A stretch of DNA of 64,000 bases from Ylistrum balloti. Lineage: Eukaryota. The notes beneath the pieces were generated by a model. The model was not told the origin of the DNA. It ran no database searches and saw only the letters and a list, made by a program, of their open reading frames with translations. The stretch covers positions 1,860,001-1,924,000 of the forward strand of contig NW_026781917.1 of NCBI RefSeq assembly GCF_031769215.1, in the 5' to 3' direction. The translations under genes and the position numbers were made by a program. Of the stretch, positions 13,054-25,600 are shown piece by piece; the first letter of the stretch is position 1, and every line of letters begins with the position of its first letter.

Positions 13054-16000
13054 GTGTCCAAGTTATGACAATGGTAACAACAATTTTAAATGGTGGGCAT
13101 ATTACAGGACAAATAATAAATTAACATTTGTTTGTTATTCTATGGTACAATAGATATCAGATTATTGTCAGATTATCTATATAGGTAGGTTTATCATCAG
13201 ATAAATATAAGTTTATCTAAGTTGGGGAAAGCTTTACAAGATAGGCATCAGTTTCACCAGTGAATCTCATTTTGAGGATTTTTTTATTGAAATTTTGATG
13301 TCAAAGAATATCACAGTTAACATGACATTTTTCTCTCTGACAATTCAGAGATTTGTCTTAACTTAATGCGTCAAGAAAAACAAGCAAAAGTAAGTCTGTT
13401 CTGCTAATTGTACAGTGTTAAGCAGCTTTGATATCAATTCTTTAGGTCGGTTTGGCAGATGGTACCTATTGAAAGCTAGAACTGGTCTCTATGGGTCATC
13501 TTGGCTGATAACTTCTTTTGAGAGCCCTGATTACTCTCCTTGAAACTTTTCTTGCCTTACGTTATTTTTTATGTATCAAAACTTTCTAAAGGAGTAGTGA
13601 TTGATTAAGTATAGAGTTTCTTGTGGTTATTTCAGATTGTCGTAGTGATAAAATCAGTAGAGGCCAGGGACAAGGTCACATTCTTTGTCCTTAAATGTTT
13701 GAGTCATTTTCTGGCAGATTTAATTCCTGGGTATGTCGACATGAGGTTACACCTTTAAGCCACACACCTAGTGTCATTAAGTTGGCCAAAGACAGTTTCT
13801 TCTTGTATGTATTCAAGTGACCATGAATGCTTCATAGGATAATTAGTTCAAGATTTAAGTATGGTTATCATTAGGAATGAAAAATGATGAATGTTTTAGG
13901 TGAATGTGGTTCTTGCATAGTGTTCAATAAAATTATCAACTGATAAAACTTCTATGGATCACTGTAGAACCTCAGCATCATTAACGAATCCTAGAATGAT
14001 GACACAGCTGTATGATAATATTTTAATTCATTGTTTAGCTCTAGTGTAAAATTTTGTACAAACTTTGTAGAAGTGTTGAGGGTTATGCTGGGCATCAAGA
14101 TTTGCTTCATGTCTAGGTGCTTGACAGGGATTTATTTCTGCCTGCTCTTTTACATACACTGCAGCTAACATTTGTTCGTCCATAAATCATTCTATTCCTT
14201 TCTCTTTGGGTACTTTTTACTTGCTTCTATTTTTTGAATTTTCATTTAAATTTGATAAGTTCTAGTCACTAGAAATGTAGATGTTGCAAAAAAAGTAAAA
14301 TTGAGCTTTCAGAACACATAGTTGTTTAGAAAGACAAGTTTTGGTTTGGCTATCTATGAGCCACATACTTTGAATACACATGTAAGATGTGCAGACCTTG
14401 CCACTTAATAAACATTCATGTGGTATAGTGAAGTGGCCAGACTCTTATGTCAATTAAGTATAAAAGACCTGATTCCTCGTCGGCGACTTTTATTTTTGAA
14501 TCTTGCTGTCATAGAATTAGGATGACCCACAGCATTGTAACAACACTATAAATCAGTCTGAGGAACTTTATATAGTCTTCAGCTTTTCTCCACAGCACAA
14601 AGGCTACATAATGTGAATATGCATGATATATTAGTAAATCTTCATATCTTGTTGAATTATTCATGTAATATTTTCTGCTGCATCACCTAAATAACAAGTT
14701 TGTAGTATTCCTTCAGTGTTTTATACCTGATGTACGTGCTATATTATTTTTATGTACATTTAACAATTAAACTTGTCACAGAAAATTTTATCTCATGTCT
14801 ACCTATTCATAGCAATAGAAAAAAAAACATAAATGAAAAACAGTTCCTAAACTGATCTTAGTCCAGACATATTGGTCCAGTAACATATGGATACAATATT
14901 GGTTTCTTAGAGTTACCAATATTTCAATGCTCCCAAAATTTTTATACTAGATAGGGTTTTCTCGTACATGGGACAGGAAAGTCTTACATGCTACCCAGTG
15001 CTTGATAATTTAGTCCTATCTGATGCCTGATACCATGTGCAATCTTTGGCACCAAGTGACATTACAATTAAAGCTGACAATGCATGTACAAAAGAATCGA
15101 TTTTGATATTTAAAAAAAAAAAAATTTCTGTTTCGCAAACATATTGGAGATGTCACCAGCTATAATTTGTGTCATCATATCTAAGGAATTGGTCGAAATT
15201 TCAGTCTAGACCTTACTTGGAAACAGAGAATGGGCATCACAGTGTATAAAAGGCTAGCAACATGTCAAACTGGCTATTATTTCATCGACCACTCGAAGTG
15301 AAACTCACCTGTACATTATGTGATTACAGGTACGCATGGCCCTAAAAGAGTACACTTACCTGAGGACTTTGAAGATGATGAGTACTTCTCAGCTGTCCAA
15401 AAATATAAGTGAAAAAATATTATCAGACTGAAAACACAGCAAACTGCCTTAAGTCCATTGCATATATCCAGAATCATGTATATATGCACTTGATTCCAGA
15501 CATGACCAATTTCACCATGTCACTGAAGCATTTGGAAAATGCTGTATAAACCGTAACTATTTCTGGATGTTCAGGCTTCCAAGGTCAAAGTCAAGGTCGC
15601 CATTACTATCTACATTGTATACTGTATTTTGTGGCTGTAGACCTATGTCTGGTGATATACCATGTATCAATTGCCATTCTCTTGAATTAACACCAAAGGA
15701 TGTCATCAAAATCCCACTGCCTAACTTTGAATCAGGAGTAGATGAATGCCTTGGCTGATTGTAGGACTTTTACTAAGTGTACAAGTTTCCTAAATGTATG
15801 AACTGCTGGCTCTGGTTCAGATCTATGTAAAGATTTATTGTGAGGGGTCGGATCAATATTTTTTAAATAATAGTTTTCCTTTAAATGGTAGTTTGAGTGG
15901 CAACAAATTGACCTTTGATAGATATCTCTAACGTTTCAGCAACCAGAGCCTGGAATTGGTGATTCTCTGGCTGTAATTGACATTTCATGAGAAACTTGGT

Positions 16001-19000
16001 GTTTTCAATTTCCTGTTTTTTAACGTCGCTGTCCCTCTTTTTTTTCCCACACTTATAAAACCTAAGACTGATTTATGATAGTCAGAAATATTCTAATTGT
16101 TTCTTGCTGTACAATAAATATATTTAACAAAGCATGTTGAAGACAAATGTTTACATTGTGATAAGATGGTCCTTATTTGCAACAAAAGGAGGCATATTGA
16201 GATCTGTTTCCATCAGGCTTGAGCCGGAATAGGCTAAAACAGTGGGTGTTATTTCGACAGTATCTTGGGGATGAGCTAGACCATTATACTTATGTAAAGC
16301 GAGACATTAATGCTAGATGTTTAGCAAGTGATGCATGATGTTGACATGATTTGGGATCAAAAGGAAGAAAGCTGGGGTATTGTGTAGCCCAAGAGTCATG
16401 TTGCTGTCTTCTGTATCAGGTGTTTAGAGTGGACAGGTGTGAGGGTCGTTAGTGATAGACGACTTTTTGACATGACAGATAACTGCTGTAGGATGTTATA
16501 AACTCAAGTGAGATATGGCATTTTCAAGGACCTCAGGATCTGTGACAGCAATTAAAACTATTACAGAGTTCATTTTCAGGATCTTGCATATGTTACCTAG
16601 TCTAAAAGAGATATTTAAGTCTTTTTTAGCAAGTTGAAATAAGCAATTTGTAATGAGTTCATACCGTGATACTTGTAGGAAATAAATACAAATACAATGT
16701 TCTGTTTATCGTATAATTATGTTTCATCAGTTAATAGGACTGGGGTTTGCGAGCTTCATGAGCCTAAGATTTTTGCACAAAATTGATTTGGTGAACGAGA
16801 AACTTATTTGAAATGTGGATTTTTCAAAACTTGATCTATGATTTGGGTTTAAAAACCTTACAAAGTTTGTGGGAAAAAAATGTCAAATTTGTTGAAATTG
16901 TTGAGCATACAAAATTTCTCAAAAAATAGGACCTTGACCCATATGGTAGACTATGAATGGAAATAAATATATTAAAAAGCCTAACAAGTTGATTGGATTA
17001 ATCAAAAGACTGATTGATGAAAGATTTATGATATTTAGCAAGAGACTTGGTGATATAAAGCACTACAAAATTAGAGGGAAGAAGGGGAAATGAAATAGAC
17101 ACATACTCAAGATCAAAACGGTCAAATTTTGACTCTCTCTGATTAATTAAGAAGCCCAAAGGAATTTTTCAAAACAGGATCAGTCAATTGTATAGATGAA
17201 CAATATTTAGTGTGATTTTGTTGGTTTCAATAGATATTGGACTAATTTTGAAGGCAAATGATATGAGATGCATTTGCAATAGAAATTGAATAGGTAGTAA
17301 CAGAGACAGGCCCACTGAACCTCTTATTGATGCTGAATGGTACTTTTAAGTCAGGTTAATTTGGTATTTTAAGATGTTTAACCTTTTGTAGAGGTGGATT
17401 TTAAAAGATATTGGTTGAAATTGTTAAATCAGCAAAAATGTGCATAAAGCAGGTTTTTCTAGATAATCTGTACCTCAGTGGTGTAATCTTTGTATTTTTT
17501 GTAACAAGGTGCCTAACACCGAGATCCTATGAGAAACTAGTTGTATGCTCTAATTCATCGGTTAACTTCAGAGAACCTCTCACAAATGATGCATATCATT
17601 TTGTTTACTGATTTTTTACCAGTCAAGGAACATAATTATACAGACAGACATACAGCAAGTCTGATGTTATCTCTAATAATAAACTTACTGATACAGTTGT
17701 CTGTGGAAAAAATAACTCTCAGTGATAAGCATTATTAAGTAAGATCAAAGTTTAATCAAGAAAAAACAATCTGATATCTAAGACTGGAACAGTCAATGAA
17801 TGCTTGCAATATCTAGCATGCTAAACCTTAACTATGGAATCTGCTGTCAGACAGTTTGGGAGCCATGAGGAACAAGAGTACTTCTTACTTACAAAGTTGA
17901 GATAAGGTAATTTAAAGTACTTTTTTTGTAAGACATTATTGATTTACATCAAAGAATTTGATAAGCTTTAATTAGATTGTCAGTTTTGTTCTAATGTTTC
18001 TAAATATTTGTTCTTTCAGACAGAATCTATTCTTTTGAAAAACAACTAGATATATTAGGTGTGGGTTTATAATCACACCTTGTGTTAATTTGTATAAAAC
18101 ATTGACCATTAGAAGGTATCCCTGACCAAAGTTATATCATTTTGTGGCAAGAGGATGTATTGATGTTTTATACAAGTTGATTATATATTTAATTTTTTTC
18201 TTCATTTTTTCACCTCCAAGCATAATTTTAAAATTTGCTGAGTATGACAATTCACTTTCAAAGATGCACTTGATATCAACTGTTGAACGAGATGTGGTTA
18301 TGAAAGAAATTATCCTATAGCCTGAAAATGATTGCTCATGCTTATTGGACTGATACTTTCTGATTTTACCAAAAGATTTCCTTCATTTTTTTCTTTCAAT
18401 TTTTGTAATATGAGAAACAAGTTATGTGACTCTTGGTCATAAGGTTATCGTCTATCAGATGAAAATCTGGCTGTATTTCAGATTTGAAATCTTGGACCAC
18501 AGGCTGAGACATGTAACACAAGATGGAATCTATGCTTTAGATGGAGATGATATTTTATTAATTTAATAAGTTTATCCATGCATATTGAAATCAGTATACA
18601 TATGCCCTGCATATAAATTTTTACCTGTATATTGAAATTAACCTCAGGATTCCTTACCCTACACTATGTAAGTACTGTAAGCTCAATTTATAAGTCTCTC
18701 TTATTTATCTATTGGTTTATTTATATATTTGTTTATAAATCTATTTATTTTGATGTTTTCTGAGTTGTAAATTTAGACTTATTTTAGTTGTTAAAAAGCA
18801 TAGACAAGATTTAACACTTAAATGATTTGAATTAATGCTAACCATACTTAAAACAGAATCAGAATGCTACAGTACAGGTGGAGGGGCTGATAAACCTGAT
18901 GCACTGGCAGTAATGGTTTATCAAGTTTATCTATAAGGTAAGAACTCGGTTTACATTCAGTTAGAAATAAGGATCTTTCATCAGACCAAAGATCATTTTC

Positions 19001-20449
19001 TGGTACAAGTTTATCAAATGAAGGTCAGAAAAGTACTGAATTATGAAATCATCTGAATTTTCATGATTCACATAAAATGTTAAAGTGTTACTTTGTTTTC
19101 TCTAAGTTCATGTGCTTGTTAAAATGAAACCTGTTCACTTTTCCATACACAAATTTAAGTTAATAAAATTCTATACCATTTATCAGGTATGAGCTTATAA
19201 TATAGGTATTGGAGGTCAAAGGTCAGATCACATAGTCTTCTTTAGAAAAGAAACAAGTTTTCTGTGTCAATTACATTTATCATTATAACACAGGAAACAA
19301 GGAAGCTTTTCTTACACTTGGCTAACTATTCAAATTTTTGTTTCCAATATGAACATAAAAACTGTCTCTTTTGGCCATTGATTGTAGTTAGATGATGTGC
19401 AGTAAGCTTTTAAATAGAACATTTATACATAACAACAACACAAACTAGGTACAGTAGAAAGAAGTTTATTTACACCAATGTATTCTTATAAAACTTATAA
19501 AATGTGGCAATCTCAGGGGCTACTCTGAATGACTGCTTCTGGCAGTACATAGTTCAGCTTGCTACTTGAATGTGGCAATGTATCCTGATCTTGATATGAG
19601 CCTGTGGTCCAGGTTGAAGTTGGGAAGGGCCCGGCAATGACAACCCACTGCTAATAGTCTAACAGGATACTTATACAATAAACCAGCAGTGAAATATTTT
19701 GAGTGTTGTAATTAATAAGGTCCAGTGCTGCACTCGGGGAGGGCCCGGCAAGAACAGTAATATCTGTGTGGACACGTGTACAGAACATTATTAATTACTG
19801 TAATTGTAGTAAGAATCTGGACTGAGTGTAATTTGTGTAATTAATATAGCTGTATCCATATTGGATCCTGTAAGATAATGTGCAGTAAGATTCTAAATAG
19901 AACATTTGAATATCTGTCTTCACACAGGTTGTGTTAATTCATTCAGCTGCATAGATTGATATCACCATGTTGGAAAGTTTAAATCTGCAGTAAAATTTTG
20001 CATATGGGCAACACCATTGCATTACACTTAGTGTTTATAAAAGGACCACCGTAGGTAATAACACAAGGACATTATCATATTGTACTGACAGTAATGTGAT
20101 CACTCCTTTTAACATTTCTATCACATCAGATGTAAACATTAACATCAACATCGAAAATCCTAAGTGGAGAAATTTTCCCAAATTTAATTGATAGATTTTT
20201 AAAATGTCATTATTTGATAGCTTCAAACTGTCTACAAACTGCAGCATTGGCATTTTGAGTTATATGATGATAAGTTGAAGCGTTAAAGCTGTTTTGTTTA
20301 ACAATGAGGCTGAATTATATTGTAGTTATTATTGGGTTTGGAGGATTCGTTGATTTATACTGATGTTCCCTCAGGTTTTGACAGGTGTATAGCCAGCACT
20401 TCAATGCTAAAACCAGCCAAGAAATTAATGCAAAGTAATGTGAACTGTG

Positions 20450-20990
20450 CTAAGTGAAACCAGAGGGGACATTTGTAATGTCTCTGTCTGTCCCACTGTC
20501 TGTCAGTATGTTGGTTTCCAGATGAGAATAGATGGATTGATTTGAACGAAATTTCATTTACTGTTAGGTTATGAGGTGATACAGAGTGGGAGAGAGTTTG
20601 GGGTTGAAAGGTCAACTGCAAAGGTTACTGTTGCTAAAGATAGATACTTTTTGTCAAATTTTGGTTTCCAGAAATTTCATTTACTGTTAGGTTATGAACT
20701 TCACTGAAGGGATGTCAAATTTTGGATTTGGATTTGAATGAAACTTCACAAAAGGTTAGCTTATAAAGAAATATAGAGTGAAATTGAGTTTTAGGTCGAA
20801 AGGTCAGCTTGAAAGGTCACTGTAGACTTTTATTGTCATATTTTGGATTCCAGATGATAACATGTGATAGGGTTGACCAATTGTATTGAAACTTGATGCA
20901 ATCCAATATTATCAGAAATTACATATGGTGGGACTGAGTTAGGGGTCAAAATGTCAACTGTGAAGGTCACTTATTACAATAGGCATTAAT
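20450..20990 (+). mobile_element. Helentron-associated (HINE-like) non-autonomous element remnant
   Basis: TGAAACCAGAGGGGAC hairpin remnant, TGTC microsatellite, AAAGGTCAAC units; alignable with 37614-38150. Confidence 0.55.
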
Positions 20991-21465
20991 TACCATTTTT
21001 ATAACTGTGCCTCAAAGATGTGGGAAACCAAGTTCATAAGAATAACACCAGTAGTCAACTGACCATTGTTCAAGGTCACTGAGTAAAAAGGACCAGGTCA
21101 AATTATTTTCATGTGTATACCTTTAAAGGTCAAACACAAGGCCAGGTTCTTTCTGACATGTCAGTGTTTTAGGTTGTTTTCCAGATAATCACTTAATTGA
21201 AATAGGGATGACAAACTTGATTTTGAAGTTTTTTTTCGCATTATTTTCTGGTTTTTGCATCCTTCCTGTCGAGACAATGGTTATTGGAGGGAAGATTAAC
21301 AATTGTTAAAATGAGACATCTGTTACTTAGAACATTTAATTAATGGCTGGGAATGAGTGTTGCATGTAACACTAACTGTAAGCTTGTTCAGAAAGGTGTT
21401 GGTGTAACTGTTTGACTCACTATATGACATGTATTATAGGATTCTGTAGGATGTAATTAGAAATT

Positions 21466-22448
21466 ATGATATTACACCTGCATCAAGTAGTTGTATGATA
21501 TAATTACACCTGTATGATAAAATTGTTCTTGTACCTGTATGATAAAATTGTTCTTGTATGATATAATTACACCTGTATGATAAAATTGTTCTTGTATGAT
21601 ATAATTACACCTGTATGACTTACCTGTATGATATAATTATACCTGTATGACCTACCGGTATGATATAATTACACCTTTATGATATAATTACACCAGTATG
21701 CCTTACCTGTATGATATAATTATACCTGCATGACTTACCTGTATGATATAATTACACCAGTATGACTTACCTGTATGATATAATTACACCAGTATGACTT
21801 ACCTGTATGATATATTTATACCTGTATGACTTACCTGTATGATATAATTACACCTGTATGATATAATTACACTTGTATGCCTTACCCGTATGATATAATT
21901 ATACCTGTATGACTTACCTGTATGATATAATTACACCTGTATGACTTACCTGTATGATATAATTACACCTGTATGACTTACCTGTATGATATAATCACAC
22001 CAGTATGACTTACCTGTATGATATAATTACACCAGTGTGACTTACATGTATGATATAATTATACCTGTATGACTTACCTGTATGATATAATTACACCAGT
22101 ATGACTTACCTGTATGATATAATTACACCAGTATGACTTACCTGTATGATATAATTACACCAGTATGACTTACCTATATGATATAATTATACCTGTATGA
22201 CCTACCGATATGGTATAATTACACCTATAAGACTTACCTGTATGATATAATTACACTTGTATGCCTTAGCTGTATGATATAATTATACCTGTATGACCTA
22301 CCGATATGGTATAATTACACCTATATGACTTACCTGTATGATATAATTACACCAGTATGACTTACCTGTATTATATAATTACACTTGTATGGCTTACCTA
22401 TATGATATAATTATACCTGTATGACTCACCTATATGATATAATTACAG
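21466..22448. repeat. Minisatellite, about 32-bp unit (TGATATAATTACACCTGTATGACTTACCTGTA), about 30 copies, ending at the 3' splice site of coding exon 1
   Basis: Periodicity read directly; last unit reads ...TGATATAATTACAG|GATG. Confidence 0.96.
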
Positions 22449-22449
22449 G

Positions 22450-22643
22450 ATGAGAATACTACACCTGTTGGTGTTCCTCCTAACCATCTTACTATGGGAG
22501 GAAGAAGTGTCATGTGGCCAGAGTTACTATTATTTCAATCCCTACTACCAAACCTACCGCAAGAAGTACATGGCCAGGATGAGAGGGTACCATCCACGCA
22601 GGTACAAAAACTATCAGCGGGATCCTAGTACTGTCTCCAAGGG
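22450..22643 (+). CDS. TGFBI: Fasciclin coding exon 1 (signal peptide + Tyr/Arg-rich segment)
   Basis: acag|gATG acceptor at 22448, so a 5'UTR exon lies upstream; MRILHLLVFLLTILLW...TVSKG; donor GG|GTGAGT, phase 2. Confidence 0.88.
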
Positions 22644-25600
22644 GTGAGTAGTTATACAAAATATAGTCCCAGAACAAAAGTGCTACTAACCAGGTCTTAA
22701 ATGAAGTTATCATTTAACAAATTATGAAATTATCCTTTAAACTCTTTGTATATTCTATAGATCAAATTTGGTTACTCTAGTGGAACACTGCATTCTAATC
22801 TATCCAATATGACATTTAGAGGTATAAACATTGTGGTTATGTTAGACAGGATGTAAGAATACCCATGATTCAAATTTGACAGGAGTACCGAAAAAAAAAT
22901 CATCTAAAAGTTCTTTTTAAATCTGTAATATTAACCATAAGGACATTGTACTTCTTAAAATATGATATCTAAGAGTAACAGGAAATGGTTACCTCTGTTT
23001 GTTGCTAGTTTCACTGAGATTGTATCTATAGATACTCTACTAATTCCCTGACACTATAGAGTTATTACAGTCTACTCAGAGGTCACACAAACTCATTCTG
23101 ATGTTGTATAAAGGTCACTCAAGGTCAAATTCTATCTGAATTCTATATCTCTGTAGTGGAAATGCTCATGGAAAAAATGGCTTTGATTTCATATAAACTT
23201 TCTTTGACCTCAGAAGATAATATGGACAAGTTCCTGCAATAATTCGTGGATTTCTTCTGAAGATTCTGCATGAATGCATTTCTGATTAACCAGATGATGT
23301 ATTTCATTAAACTGTTAAAGCCTTTTAAAACAACCTCAAATTATTCTTTCTGTTCTTTAAATTAATGTCACTTATAGGAAAGCTTACATAGAACATTTAC
23401 GAAAAACAAATAGTCAAGCCTATTGGACCACCTCAGATTCACCTCTCACTTATGAGGCATGGTCACTTTGGTTTCAAGAGCCTTCGTGATATGGATCCGT
23501 AACAACAAAGCACTTGGATGATCCTGGAGGTCATGAAGTTTTGTAAGGCAATTTGATACACCAATAAGGTAGCATGAAGTGTTTCATCATTTGATTGGAT
23601 TTAATTTGTATCAATTGCAGAAAGAACATGGAAAAGATGAAAATGATAACATTGAAGAGATTTCTCTTATATGAATGTGATTAAATATCCAGATGTATAG
23701 AGCTAACTTTTCATGAAAACTCTTCTACAATGCATGGGTCTCATTTGTACATGTCTGAGTCTCATTGTTTTGCAGTTCAAGATTAAGAAAATGCTTAAGA
23801 GTTTTATTAATATTAAACTGTGTGATTCATGTACTTCTGGTTCATAAATACTTTTTGTAAGTGTATAGATTCCGAAATTGATTAATATCATTATAAAGGA
23901 AAAATATCTAAAATGTTTTTTGAATTTTGGACAATTTTATTAAAAAAGAAAAAAAAAGAAAATCTAAAAACATTTTAAGATGACCATTAAAGCTGCTAAA
24001 ACTGTAGAACCACCAAGCTTGGGGTGTCATTCCTAAAATTTGAATCTGTTTTCAGTGATTTCTTGACATCACGGTAAGCATGCATGATAGTGTACCTTCT
24101 ATTTTGTACACGGTAACGGGTCACAAATCTGGTTAGGGTGCTCCTGTACAAATGGCAGATTTTAGAGATTTAGCATGACTGTATTAGGGTACTGGTAGTT
24201 TAATGAAGGTATATATATTTAAAGGAACATGAAATGGAGGCTCATTGCTCCCTTTTTTGTCTGTTGCTGGGCGTCGTCCTAAAACCATGCTATTCTTGAT
24301 CTTACTGTTTGCTACTCTTTAGACCCAAACTCTCAAGAAGAAAGTTAATTATTGAACAACTCTGTTATTTTTACATCAGAAGTAATTTCAGATTCTTTAA
24401 ATTGGTCAGTAAATTACATTACTGTTTTCATAGCTACTGTAGCTTGGTTTTGGTGAAGGCAAATGATGGTAAAACTCAATAGTATTTCTTAACTGACTGA
24501 GAGGAGACACAAGCAACAGGCAAATATTAAATCTCCATACTGCATTGAAAACTAGAGCTAGAGGCATAGTTATGTACATATTAAGATATTAAGGTATATA
24601 TTATTGTATGGTAAAATTTCATCATGATGACAATGACGACGAATCATCAAGCCACATTCTTTTGGGTGGGCGAATTATGTCATGTATTCTCAGCATAATA
24701 TATTGCCTATTAGAAAAAAAAAAGATACAAAGAAAAGAGGTTTAATAATGATGAGAGAATACTGCTTGTTAGTTCACCTGACCCGAAGAGTCATGATGCT
24801 CTATAGTCATTGTGCTTCATCTATCGTTGTCCGTCGTGCGCTGTCTGCCATGGCCGCCATCTTGAAAAACATATTGTAAACTTCTTCTCCAGTTCCACTG
24901 GTGCCATTGAGCTGAAAATTGGTGGGAATGTTAAGGAAAGGTAGCCAACAAAATGTTGTTAATTTTTTACTGTGTCAAAACTTCGACACGGCAGCCAGGG
25001 AGGCCATTTTGTAACATGAGCATCATGTGACAAAAAAAAGAAATAAGCAGATAATGAACTGACAAAGGTTCAGGACACAGACTTTTGTAAACATCATTGA
25101 GAGAACACAATTATTTCTGAATTAATTGAGGGGAACAGAAGGTGGGGGCCCCAGATGTTACCCCTCCTAAAATATCATTAGGGGAGGACACATTTCTTCT
25201 ATATTGGAGGCAGGATTAACCTCTTTCAACACAAGGAATGATGTCTGAAAACTTTACTGTCAAAAAATAGGTAACACTTATTACAATTACCTACTGCTCA
25301 CCAAAACTACCATCTACATCATGGGAAACAGCTTCTTGATAAGATTTCATTCAAAGTTGTTAAAATAATCTTTTCCCCGCTGAAAGTTTTTGCAGTTCAA
25401 TGACCGTTAAGGCCCATGGGCTTCTTGTCTTATAAATATGAACTTAATTTACTTTACAACAAGCTTCATGCTTATATTAATCACTCTTGTTGGCCCATAC
25501 GAAAGTGCCAAGGGGCTTAATTTATTTTACAACAAGCTTCATGCTTATATTAATCACTGTTGTTGGCCCATAAGGAAGTGCCAACGGTCTTTACAGAGGA

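Noticed and set aside
24232-24300. Signal-peptide-like MEAHCSLFCLLLGVVLKPCYS in fasciclin intron 1
   Set aside because: Ends in TGA with no usable donor.
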